From: an uncultured virus (IMG/VR IMGVR_UViG_3300028833_006000)
Lineage: Duplodnaviria > Heunggongvirae > Uroviricota > Caudoviricetes
Length of the DNA stretch: 64,000 nt
Reading direction: 5' to 3' (one strand)
IMG/VR virus record: IMGVR_UViG_3300028833_006000
Part shown: positions 19,354-28,587 of the stretch, piece after piece
Layout: each line of letters begins with the position of its first letter
How positions within the stretch are numbered: the stretch's first letter is position 1
Notes under the pieces: model-generated
What the model was told of the DNA's origin: nothing
Databases searched by the model: none
The model's input: the letters and a program-made list of their open reading frames with translations, nothing else
Program-made: the position numbers and the translations under genes

Positions 19354-19635
19354 ATGGCACGAACGGTTCTTACAGAAAACGATAATGGCGTAATCTATCG
19401 CTACAACAAAGTACCAAGCAATATGTTCAATTTTTATCTCTTGCGACGCAGAGCATATAAAAATGGAAAATCACTTTGGCATCTTTGCGTGGAAGTAGCA
19501 GCTCCGCCGGCTGGTAAAAATGCACCGGAATGCATTAACACAGAATCCAATTACATCAAGCTGCAGAGTTTTCGTGGTACAAAGACAGAAGCAGCAAAGC
19601 AACTTGACAACATCATAAAGGAATATACATCATAA
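19354..19635 (+). CDS. hypothetical protein
   Basis: AAGGAGG RBS. Confidence 0.65.
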   Translation: MARTVLTENDNGVIYRYNKVPSNMFNFYLLRRRAYKNGKSLWHLCVEVAAPPAGKNAPECINTESNYIKLQSFRGTKTEAAKQLDNIIKEYTS

Positions 19636-19647
19636 GGAATATATATC

Positions 19648-20664
19648 ATGAAAAATATCAAGACACTTGGTTTGTGTCTGATCATAGGTCTGGTTCTGAG
19701 TGGTTGCACTAATGATGCAATCCTTTCGGATTCAGACCTATCTGTTCAGAGCAATGAAATCATCGCAGAAACTACAACTGAATCAACAGAATCAACTGAA
19801 ATACCGGTCACGGACAGCACCGACGACCAGAACACCATCGTGGCATCTGCTGAACTTCCGTTATTCAAAATTCCGGAATTCGCAGGTGAGCCGTTTGTAG
19901 AAATCAACGGCAATGTTCCGACATTTACACAGGAAGAACTTACGACTAAAGCATACGAAGTGTATGCTCCATTAGATGATCTCGGACGACCACAAACCGC
20001 AGTAGCTTGTCTTGGTAAAGAAACTATGCCTGCTGACGGAGAGGAGCGAGACGATATCGGTATGATAAAACCTGTTGGATGGCATTTATCCAAATATCCC
20101 GATATCATATCTGATTTGTATTTATACAATCGTTGTCACTTGATCGGCTGGCAGCTCGGAGCAGAAAATGCCAACGAGCTAAACTTAATCACGGGAACAC
20201 GCTATCTTAATGTAACCGGAATGTTACCGTTTGAAAATCTCGTGGACGATTATATTGATACAACCGGTAATCATGTTTTATACAGAGTTGCGCCAATCTA
20301 CGTTCAGGATGAACTTGTGTGTCGTGGCGTTCTGATGGAAGCAAAATCCATTGAAACAGACGATATTTCATTTTGCGTATATTGTTTCAATGTACAACCG
20401 GGTATATGCATCGATTACGCCACTGGCGACAATTGGGTAGACGAAACTTATACTGCACCAACAACAGTTTCGGATCCCGCCCAGGATACAGAAGATACAG
20501 AAGGCAAATCATATGTGCTGAACACCCACACGATGAAAATCCATCTGCCGAATTGCCAGGCTGTAGATAAAATCGCAGAATACAACCGGCAGGATTATAC
20601 GGGAGATATCGACGACTTACTCTCACAGGGGTATTCACCCTGTGGCTATTGTCATCCTGAATAA
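19648..20664 (+). CDS. Lipoprotein DNA/RNA non-specific endonuclease (DNA-entry nuclease-like) with C-terminal Ada-like Zn domain
   Basis: Lipobox LSGC; LDDLGR, YNRCHLIG, ENAN..NLITGTRYLN..GM..FE; H...C...GYSPCGYCHP. Confidence 0.88.
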   Translation: MKNIKTLGLCLIIGLVLSGCTNDAILSDSDLSVQSNEIIAETTTESTESTEIPVTDSTDDQNTIVASAELPLFKIPEFAGEPFVEINGNVPTFTQEELTTKAYEVYAPLDDLGRPQTAVACLGKETMPADGEERDDIGMIKPVGWHLSKYPDIISDLYLYNRCHLIGWQLGAENANELNLITGTRYLNVTGMLPFENLVDDYIDTTGNHVLYRVAPIYVQDELVCRGVLMEAKSIETDDISFCVYCFNVQPGICIDYATGDNWVDETYTAPTTVSDPAQDTEDTEGKSYVLNTHTMKIHLPNCQAVDKIAEYNRQDYTGDIDDLLSQGYSPCGYCHPE

Positions 20665-20679
20665 AAAAGGAGAAACATT

Positions 20680-21951
20680 ATGAAAACACCCCTTGCCGTC
20701 AGAATGCGGCCTCAAACCATCGATGAAATCGTCGGTCAAAAAGACATTCTGGATGAAAACTCATTGCTCACCCAGATGATCAAAAATGACTTACTTTCAT
20801 CTATCATCTTATACGGCCCGCCCGGCACGGGTAAAACTACAATAGCCAATGTTATAGCCAACTCTACCAACGCCAAATTTGCACAGGTGAATGCTGTCAC
20901 AGATGGTAAGAAAGAGTTGGAGAAAATATGTATGCAGGGCAAGAAGGATTTGGAAAATGATGGCACCCGCACAATATTGTTTATCGATGAAATACATCGT
21001 TTCAACAAAGCGCAACAGGATTATCTGCTTCCGTTTGTCGAACAGGGCATTGTTGTGCTCATCGGTGCTACCACGGAAAACCCATACTTCGAAGTAAACA
21101 AGGCTTTGGTGTCAAGATCCACAATCTTTGAGCTAAAGCCTGTTACGGCTGAAGACATGATCATCTGCTTGAACAGAACACTGAACGATGCCGAGAGAGG
21201 ACTGAAAGAAAATAATCTCGTCATTGATGATGATACAAAAATGTTCATCGCAGAACAGGCAAATGGCGATGTGCGCAGAGCACTATCACTTTTGGAACTA
21301 TCTGCTGTGGTCGTCGGTGACGGTGGAACTATCACCGTTGATACAGTCAAATCGATCATTCAGAAACCAAATCTGACATATGATAAAGACGGCGACAAGC
21401 ACTATGACACCATCTCAGCCTTCATTAAATCGATGAGAGGCTCTGATCCTGACGCCGTATTGTATTATCTTGCTCGAATGATTACGGCCGGCGAAGATCC
21501 AAAATTCATAGCAAGGCGGATAATGATAGCCGCATCGGAAGATGTAGGCAATGCTGATCCGATGGCTATCGTCGTTGCTACCAATGCTGCACTTGCTGCT
21601 GAACGGATAGGGTGGCCCGAAAGCCAGATCATACTGTCACAAGCGGCACTGTATGTCGCTATGGCTCCAAAATCAAACAGTGCCTGTACAGGTATTGAAA
21701 AAGCTATGGCTTACGTTGCCGACCATCCATCAAACGATGTTCCGACTCATCTTCAGGATGCCCATTACAAAAGTGCAGCCAAATTGGGACACGGAATTGG
21801 CTACAAGTACCCACATGATTTTCCGAATCATTGGTGCGAGCAGAATTATCTGCCGGACTCCGTAACCGAATATTTCTATCAGAATAGTCATCAGGGTTAC
21901 GAAGCGATACAGGCAAACTATCAGAACAGCATCCGAAACTCTGATTCATGA
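20680..21951 (+). CDS. rarA: Replication-associated recombination protein A (RarA/MgsA), canonical copy
   Basis: Walker A/B, SAFIKSMRGSDPDA, ASEDVGNADP, HLQDAHY..A.KLGHG.GY.YPHD. Confidence 0.96.
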   Translation: MKTPLAVRMRPQTIDEIVGQKDILDENSLLTQMIKNDLLSSIILYGPPGTGKTTIANVIANSTNAKFAQVNAVTDGKKELEKICMQGKKDLENDGTRTILFIDEIHRFNKAQQDYLLPFVEQGIVVLIGATTENPYFEVNKALVSRSTIFELKPVTAEDMIICLNRTLNDAERGLKENNLVIDDDTKMFIAEQANGDVRRALSLLELSAVVVGDGGTITVDTVKSIIQKPNLTYDKDGDKHYDTISAFIKSMRGSDPDAVLYYLARMITAGEDPKFIARRIMIAASEDVGNADPMAIVVATNAALAAERIGWPESQIILSQAALYVAMAPKSNSACTGIEKAMAYVADHPSNDVPTHLQDAHYKSAAKLGHGIGYKYPHDFPNHWCEQNYLPDSVTEYFYQNSHQGYEAIQANYQNSIRNSDS

Positions 21952-21991
21952 AAATGTTCATATATCAGTCAAACTAATTACATCAAATATA

Positions 21992-22020
21992 TTGCACATT
22001 TTGGCGGTGTATGGTATAAT
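21992..22020 (+). promoter_or_regulatory. sigmaA promoter of nrdD
   Basis: TTGCAC, 17 bp, TGgTATAAT. Confidence 0.75.
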
Positions 22021-22033
22021 ACAGGAGCAACAG

Positions 22034-22080
22034 ACACAAAATATAGATTGTTTTCCAAACAATAGACCTATATATTGTGT
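22034..22080 (+). promoter_or_regulatory. Tandem NrdR boxes
   Basis: ACACAAAATATAGATT (22034-22049) and GACCTATATATTGTGT (22065-22080) resemble acaCwAtATaTwGtgt; starts 31 bp apart; directly upstream of nrdD. Confidence 0.75.
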
Positions 22081-22128
22081 TGGAACCCGTCAAAATGACA
22101 TATATTTGTAAAGAAAGGAAAAAATGCC

Positions 22129-24651
22129 ATGATTAAGATTTGTCGCAAAAGAGACGGTCGTCATGCGGAATTTGATTCCAAGTTCATCGCAGCCGCCATT
22201 GACAAGGCGCTGAAGGCAACTAACGAATCAGGAAAATCTGCAGAAGACATTGCAAAAACTGCGGTTCTCATCATCGAACAGGATTATGTTGACGAGGATG
22301 GAATCGTTGATGTAGAGGAATGCCAGGAGGCAGCAGAAAGAGCCCTTTTCGTGAACGGATTGTTCACAACCCTTATGGCGTATCATGAATACCGTAAGGC
22401 TCACAGTGAAGTCCGTAAACTTGAGGTTAAGAAGGACTGGGCCAGATCAGTTACGGAAGGCTATGTCGGAGCCCCTGTCATCGATGATATCACTGATATG
22501 ACATCCGAAAGCATCCACGGTGCTGAAGTCAAGAAAGACGGACAGAGCTGGCGTGTAAAGCAGAATGCGTCTGTCAGCTACTCCATCGGAGGAAATGTCC
22601 TTAACCAGTCATCTATGATCACAGAAGAGTACTGGCTTGATACACTTTACGATCCTGAAATCGCTGCATACCATCGTCAGAAGAGATTCCATCTCCATGA
22701 CCTTGGCTGGCTTGGCGGTTACTGTGCAGGATGGAACCTCAAGACACTCATCGAGAGAGGTATCACCGGCGTACCCGGAAAGATCTCATCAGGTCCTGCT
22801 CATCACTTGCAGGCACTGTGTAATCAGATGACTAACTTCCTCGGAATCATGCAGAATGAATGGGCCGGCGCTCAGGCGTTCTCATCTTTTGACACATACC
22901 TTGCTCCATTTGTTAAGGCAGACAATATGTCTTACAAGGAAGTTAAGCAGGCAATCCAGTCGTTCGTATTCGGTATCAATACACCGAGCAGATGGGGCTG
23001 TCAGGCACCGTTCTCAAATATCACTCTGGATTGGGTGATTCCTGAAGACCTTGCAAACATCCCTGCTATCGTAGCCGGTAAGCCGTTAGAAATCGACGGC
23101 AAGATCATCACTTATGGTGATTGTCAGGCTGAAGCCGATATTGTCAACAAGGCGTTCATGGAAACAATGATCGAAGGTGATTCCGAAGGTCGTGGATTTG
23201 CTTATCCTATCCCGACATACAGCATCACCACTGATTTCAAGTGGGATGATACCGAGAATAACCGTCTCCTCTTTGAAATGGCCGGCAAATACGGCGCACC
23301 TTACTTCTCCAATTATATCAACTCTGATATGAAGCCGAGTGACGTAAGATCAATGTGCTGCCGCCTCCGCCTTGACCTCAGAGAGTTAAGAAAGCAGAAC
23401 GGTGGTAACTTCGGTGCAGGTGAAAACACAGGTAGTATCGGTGTTGTTACAATCAACCTTCCTCAGATCGCATATCTTGCATCAAACGAGGACGATTTCT
23501 TCAAGCGTCTTGAAGATGTCATGAGCGTAGCAGCAAGATCACTTGATACAAAGCGTCGTGTCATCACAGCGTACTACAACGCGGGCCTGTATCCTTATAC
23601 CAAGGCTTACCTGCCTAACGGATATAAGGATCACTTCAGCACAATCGGACTTGTCGGCATGAATGAAGCTTGCCTCAATGCAAAGTGGATTCAGGCTGAT
23701 CTCACAACCGATAAGGCTCATGCATGGGCTAACAAGGTACTCGATTTCATGAGAGAAAAGTTGTCCGACTTCCAGGTGAAGTATGGATGCCTGTTCAACC
23801 TCGAAGCAACACCTGCAGAGTCAACTGCATACAGATTTGCCCGCTATGACAAGGAAACATATCCTGATATCATCACAGCCGGCGCAGTCGGTGGTGATCC
23901 GTACTATACAAACAGTACACACCTTCCTGTTGGAGCAACAGACGATGTGTTCGAAGCACTTGATATCGAAGATGATATGCAGTGTAAATACACATCCGGT
24001 ACAGTGTTCCACTGCTTCCTCGGCGAGAAGATGCCGAACTGGAGAAGCGCAATGCAGCTCGTACGTACTGTAGCTGAGAACTATAAGCTTCCGTACTTCA
24101 CTTTATCACCCGTATACTCCATCTGTGAGGAACACGGATATCTTGAAGGTGAACAGAAAAGCTGCCCGTGTTGTGGAAAGCCTACGGAAGTCTACTCCCG
24201 TATCACAGGCTATTACAGAGCTGTTTCCAACTGGAACAATGGTAAGGCTTCTGAGTTCAAGGAGAGAAAGTCCTACGATATCGGAAATTCTTTCTCAATG
24301 CACAACAAAGAAATCGATATGACCCTTGATGATTCCGACAACGCAGCAATCGAAGCACTTGAGATGGATTCTTCTCACATTCCCCTTGGAAGAGAAGATC
24401 AGATCCAGTCTGGAACAGAATATCTCTTGTTCAAGACACACACCTGTCCGAACTGCCAGATGTTGGAAAACATGAATGTGCTGGAGCATTACCCTGTGCA
24501 AAAGATCTATGCTGACGATGAGGAAAACAAAGATCTTGTCGAAAAGTATGGAATCTGTTCAGCACCGACACTTGTTGTCAAAACCGGCAATGATATCAAA
24601 TCATACACCGGTGTCAGCAACATCATCGGTTTTGTGAAAGCAGATGAATAA
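22129..24651 (+). CDS. nrdD: Anaerobic (class III) ribonucleoside-triphosphate reductase with ATP cone and C-terminal glutaredoxin-like domain
   Basis: N-terminal KRDGR ATP cone, HLHDL, YCAGW, SMCCRL, ATPAES, CEEHG...CPCCG, YSRITGYY glycyl-radical motif, C-terminal TCPNC...SAPTLV. Confidence 0.96.
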   Translation: MIKICRKRDGRHAEFDSKFIAAAIDKALKATNESGKSAEDIAKTAVLIIEQDYVDEDGIVDVEECQEAAERALFVNGLFTTLMAYHEYRKAHSEVRKLEVKKDWARSVTEGYVGAPVIDDITDMTSESIHGAEVKKDGQSWRVKQNASVSYSIGGNVLNQSSMITEEYWLDTLYDPEIAAYHRQKRFHLHDLGWLGGYCAGWNLKTLIERGITGVPGKISSGPAHHLQALCNQMTNFLGIMQNEWAGAQAFSSFDTYLAPFVKADNMSYKEVKQAIQSFVFGINTPSRWGCQAPFSNITLDWVIPEDLANIPAIVAGKPLEIDGKIITYGDCQAEADIVNKAFMETMIEGDSEGRGFAYPIPTYSITTDFKWDDTENNRLLFEMAGKYGAPYFSNYINSDMKPSDVRSMCCRLRLDLRELRKQNGGNFGAGENTGSIGVVTINLPQIAYLASNEDDFFKRLEDVMSVAARSLDTKRRVITAYYNAGLYPYTKAYLPNGYKDHFSTIGLVGMNEACLNAKWIQADLTTDKAHAWANKVLDFMREKLSDFQVKYGCLFNLEATPAESTAYRFARYDKETYPDIITAGAVGGDPYYTNSTHLPVGATDDVFEALDIEDDMQCKYTSGTVFHCFLGEKMPNWRSAMQLVRTVAENYKLPYFTLSPVYSICEEHGYLEGEQKSCPCCGKPTEVYSRITGYYRAVSNWNNGKASEFKERKSYDIGNSFSMHNKEIDMTLDDSDNAAIEALEMDSSHIPLGREDQIQSGTEYLLFKTHTCPNCQMLENMNVLEHYPVQKIYADDEENKDLVEKYGICSAPTLVVKTGNDIKSYTGVSNIIGFVKADE

Positions 24652-24673
24652 TACAAGAACATGATGTCATGCG

Positions 24674-24708
24674 AGAGGGAAGATTGTCATGATCTTCCCT
24701 CTTTTTTT
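24674..24708 (+). terminator. Rho-independent terminator
   Basis: AGAGGGAAGAT/ATCTTCCCTCT + T-run. Confidence 0.8.
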
Positions 24709-24790
24709 CATCAATGATGCTAAGCTGAGAATAGAAAATGCTGTGATATTTTCAGCTTAACAGCATTGGCACAAGAAAGGATACACCATA

Positions 24791-25486
24791 ATGATAATAA
24801 GCGGATTACAAAAATTAACGCTTTTGGATTTTCCGGGCTATGTTGCATGTACGATATTCACCCGTGGATGTAATATGAGATGCCCGTTCTGTCAAAACGC
24901 AGGATTGGTAACACCTGATCAATTTGATGACACAGCCATCATCCCTGTCAATGATATACTTCGTTTCTTGAACGAAAGAAAGAACAGGTTACAGGGCATC
25001 TGCATCACCGGCGGAGAACCAACCCTGCAAAAAGATCTTCCTGAATTTATTGAACATGTGAGAGCCATCGGGTACAAAGTCAAATTGGATACCAATGGCA
25101 CGAATCCTCAAATGTTGCAGGAATTATTGCAAAACTCAATGCTTGACTACATTGCAATGGATATCAAATCCGATTTTGATACCTATGACAAACTGTCCGG
25201 CTGCAAAATCGACACGCAGTCTTTGATGCGGAGTATCGATTTGATCAAACATTCGGACATCGACTATGAATTTCGCACGACTGTGACAGCGGAAGAGCAC
25301 TCTGCCGACACATTCCGTCGTATAGGTGAATGCATAGGTCATGTGACAAATTACAGCCTGCAATACTATGAAGAATCCGAGCATGTATTGAACCCGATTT
25401 TTCATACACCATCGGATTCAGATATGCAGACATATGCCGAAATCTTAAAATCTTATGCCGACAATGTTATCATCAAGGGAAAGTAA
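24791..25486 (+). CDS. nrdG: Anaerobic RNR activating radical-SAM enzyme
   Basis: GCNMRCPFCQN, ITGGEPTL, KLDTNG, AMDIK, EFRTT. Confidence 0.93.
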   Translation: MIISGLQKLTLLDFPGYVACTIFTRGCNMRCPFCQNAGLVTPDQFDDTAIIPVNDILRFLNERKNRLQGICITGGEPTLQKDLPEFIEHVRAIGYKVKLDTNGTNPQMLQELLQNSMLDYIAMDIKSDFDTYDKLSGCKIDTQSLMRSIDLIKHSDIDYEFRTTVTAEEHSADTFRRIGECIGHVTNYSLQYYEESEHVLNPIFHTPSDSDMQTYAEILKSYADNVIIKGK

Positions 25487-25502
25487 AAAAGGAGGAGAAA
25501 CA

Positions 25503-26657
25503 ATGTCACCACAAAGTAAGAAAAGACACTCAAGGCCGAAACACTCGAAACCGAAAAAATTAGTATCATTCAAAGAATATAAGAAACAGACCGAAGAAGT
25601 GAAGCCCACTTCACTGAAACAAAGAATTCTGTTGGATATTCTCGCTGTGATCATCGTTCTTGTTATCGGCAGCATTGTATTTATCGCCATTGGGCAGTAC
25701 AAAGCCAAACATGCTGGTGCAAAGGATAAGGATCAACTGATCCAGAATTACATCACAGCTATGAGTGATGTAGACAGAAACGGCATCAAGCAATGTTACT
25801 ATCCATACCAGCCAGACATGCAAAGCTACGAAACCGATATCGACAGGCAGATCCAATATGCGCAAAATGCCAAAGATCAAGAACAAATTGTCTGGGATTC
25901 AGCAAACATTGAAACAGAATGGACTCCTACTGATACTGCAAAAATTACAGAAGTGTTGTCAAATGCACAACCGGAAGAAGCGCAGCTTGGTGTATCATTC
26001 ATACCACTAACGCAGAAGAGTGGTGACTACACAGTCCACCAAGAAGATGTTTATCAGTTTATCGTGTTCAAAACAAACAATACATGGTATCTTGCCGCAT
26101 ATATGCAGGTTGCTCGAAATCTGACAGCGGTCGAAGACGCCGATGGTAATCCGCTTTCAGAAGAAGAAATCAATGAATGGATATATTCTATGTCCTATGA
26201 AATCGGCAATGATAATGTAGGTTATCTATATGTTGATAAATCATGGGTTGAAATTGCAGATCCAGAAAATCCGGACGAGTATATCAAGACATTCATCACC
26301 AATGATTACTCATCATATATGACCATGGCGTCCATTGCTGATGCCGATGTAAAAGACTTCAAAGCATATTCAGCATCAATCATCCAGCAATCTGAACGCA
26401 ATTATGGTGATATCATCGAAAGCGAAGGTGTCATTGGAACATATCCCACTGATGTACAAATCGCACAGAACGAAGAAACCGGTGCGAGAATTATCGTGTG
26501 GATATTCAAGACTGATGAGAATGATCCAAGAACTCACGTAATCACATTGGAAGCATTATCTGATTATGATGCATCGACGTACATCAATACTTTCCATACG
26601 GTGAAGGCACAAACGGATAATTCTTCCGAAACACAACCAACGACTGAATCGGAGTAA
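25503..26657 (+). CDS. Membrane-anchored hypothetical protein
   Basis: Basic N-terminus, one TM helix, large acidic domain. Confidence 0.75.
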   Translation: MSPQSKKRHSRPKHSKPKKLVSFKEYKKQTEEVKPTSLKQRILLDILAVIIVLVIGSIVFIAIGQYKAKHAGAKDKDQLIQNYITAMSDVDRNGIKQCYYPYQPDMQSYETDIDRQIQYAQNAKDQEQIVWDSANIETEWTPTDTAKITEVLSNAQPEEAQLGVSFIPLTQKSGDYTVHQEDVYQFIVFKTNNTWYLAAYMQVARNLTAVEDADGNPLSEEEINEWIYSMSYEIGNDNVGYLYVDKSWVEIADPENPDEYIKTFITNDYSSYMTMASIADADVKDFKAYSASIIQQSERNYGDIIESEGVIGTYPTDVQIAQNEETGARIIVWIFKTDENDPRTHVITLEALSDYDASTYINTFHTVKAQTDNSSETQPTTESE

Positions 26658-26682
26658 GCACCGAAATACCACACATAAGAAA

Positions 26683-26723
26683 AATCCCCCGAATGTGCTA
26701 TGCACTCGGGGGATTATATTTTT
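26683..26723. terminator. Bidirectional terminator between convergent genes
   Basis: AATCCCCCGA/TCGGGGGATT stem with A/T-rich flanks. Confidence 0.75.
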
Positions 26724-26742
26724 GCATTTGCGATAATTACGT

Positions 26743-27414
26743 TCAAGGCTGCTGTGGCTTAGCCCCATCATTAGAATCTTCAGAATCAGGCTCATTCTTG
26801 AGTACATCATCGCCTGCATGTGCTGTCTGACGACCTTCGACATATTTCTTGACGTTTTCCACCAAGTCGGGGCTTGCTGGAATACGTAAGCTCTCTGCAA
26901 CATAGATGAGATTTACATCGCGGATTTGGTTATACTCAGCAAGTTCATCCACGCTGTAACCGAGTATACCAGATACCTCGGAAAGGGTATCACCTTTTTG
27001 CACAAGATATACCATGTTTCCTTCCGGGTCAACGACAACAAACTCCGTACCAATGTAATAAGGGTAAGTGACGGCTTCGCCGTCATCAGCGTTCATCGTG
27101 ATGTTGCTGGGTGACGTGGTCTGGTCTTCTGGCGAAGAGTTCTCATCACTTAATTGGTCTCCGAGAATTGAACCATCTTCCGATGGTTCTCCCTGAACTA
27201 TATCGGTGTTATCGTTTACCCGATCATCCGGCATAGTACGCAGAGCGGAATCGTTAAGTGCTGACTCATTCAAAGCGGAAACATATTTCATATCTGCTTC
27301 CTTATTGAGATGACGAACCAGAGCGACCGACGAGAAAATCGTCAAAGCTGCTACTCCCGCAATCAGAACCGTACCAAGTCCAATTGTTGCGACATCTTTA
27401 CCTGCTTTTTTCAT
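26743..27414 (-). CDS. Membrane-anchored LysM-domain protein
   Basis: N-terminal TM; YLVQKGDTLSEVS...SVDELAEYNQIRDVNLIYVAESLRIP. Confidence 0.88.
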   Translation of the reverse strand: MKKAGKDVATIGLGTVLIAGVAALTIFSSVALVRHLNKEADMKYVSALNESALNDSALRTMPDDRVNDNTDIVQGEPSEDGSILGDQLSDENSSPEDQTTSPSNITMNADDGEAVTYPYYIGTEFVVVDPEGNMVYLVQKGDTLSEVSGILGYSVDELAEYNQIRDVNLIYVAESLRIPASPDLVENVKKYVEGRQTAHAGDDVLKNEPDSEDSNDGAKPQQP

Positions 27415-27459
27415 TTCTGCTACCTCGTGTCCTTTTTCGTATTTCTTTCAAAATATCTA

Positions 27460-27488
27460 TTGATATATGAAAAGATTTATGATATAAT
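27460..27488 (+). promoter_or_regulatory. sigmaA promoter for the SSB-like/primase genes
   Basis: TTGATA, 17 bp, TGaTATAAT. Confidence 0.7.
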
Positions 27489-27570
27489 CACATCATAGCA
27501 GAGTTCGTGGAAAAAAGCAAGAACAATGCTAAAAAATAAATGGTTATGCTGTGAACGCCAATCACAGAAC

Positions 27571-27622
27571 AAAGATGAAACAGCCACATGAAGTAATCAA
27601 ATGAAGAAACCACATGAAGAAA
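27571..27622 (+). repeat. 4 x 13-bp periodic repeat (core ATGAA)
   Basis: ATGAA at 27575, 27588, 27601 and 27614; CCACATGAAG at 27584 and 27610. Confidence 0.7.
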
Positions 27623-27635
27623 GGAAAAGAAAATT

Positions 27636-28457
27636 ATGGCAAGAACAGTTTTGAACAATCAGCTTACTCCTGGTAGCGTATTCTTCGTACGTGGACAGGT
27701 AGGATTCTCAAGAATCACCCGTCACACTACTGACGAAGAGAGAGCCAAGGACAATCTCCGCAGAACCCACAAGGTAGACAAGAACTACACTACGATCTCC
27801 GTGTACAATGCACAGGTACTTGCAAAGGATCCTGCTCATCCTACACCCGAAGAGATCTACGGTTTGGAAGGATGCTACAATTCTTCCCGTGCTGCAGATT
27901 ATCCCGGCCTCAATTACACCGGTATGAACAAGTCACAGTTCCTTCCTAAGGTAGGTTTGATCGCAGAGGGTTGCGACCCTAACAATCATCCTTCTTATGA
28001 TGAGATCCAGCTTAACGGCGAGCTCGCCAAGGGCACAGACGTAACTCTGGTACTTCGTGTATTCGCCGGACAGGGTAACAATGGTGTATCCCTTGATACC
28101 GTCCTTATCAATACACATGACTTCCAGTATTACGGCAACAACGCCAATGTTGCCAACGCTTTGGCAGATTACGGCGTAACATTCAATGCTATGGCTCCTG
28201 AAGATAAGAAGCCTACAGCAGAAGAGATCGCTGCTCAGTCAGCACCTCAGGCTGCAACTTCTGCACCTGCTAACGGATTTGCAAGCAACGGCTTTGCCGC
28301 ACAGGGTAGCACACCTGCTCCTGCAGCAGAAGCACCTCAGGCAACACCTAATCCGTTCAATTCATTTGGCGCAGTTCCACAGACTCCTGTTGCTAACAAC
28401 GCAGCACCTCAGCAGCAGGCAGTTCAGTTCGGCGTAGGACCTGGTAGAACTTACTAA
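27636..28457 (+). CDS. Probable single-stranded DNA-binding protein (inferred)
   Basis: Beta-rich N-domain (ELAKGTDVTLVLRVF..NNGVSLDTVLI), long A/P/Q low-complexity tail, adjacent to primase. Confidence 0.5.
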   Translation: MARTVLNNQLTPGSVFFVRGQVGFSRITRHTTDEERAKDNLRRTHKVDKNYTTISVYNAQVLAKDPAHPTPEEIYGLEGCYNSSRAADYPGLNYTGMNKSQFLPKVGLIAEGCDPNNHPSYDEIQLNGELAKGTDVTLVLRVFAGQGNNGVSLDTVLINTHDFQYYGNNANVANALADYGVTFNAMAPEDKKPTAEEIAAQSAPQAATSAPANGFASNGFAAQGSTPAPAAEAPQATPNPFNSFGAVPQTPVANNAAPQQQAVQFGVGPGRTY

Positions 28458-28587
28458 GCCACGGCTTGATTCAAACGGCGTAAAATCATGACGTAACCAT
28501 TGAATTTTATGTGGCTCATGCGTATATTCATACAATGAATTGCGTATGGGCCACATTTTTTTAATCACTTTTGAAGAGGATAAAACT

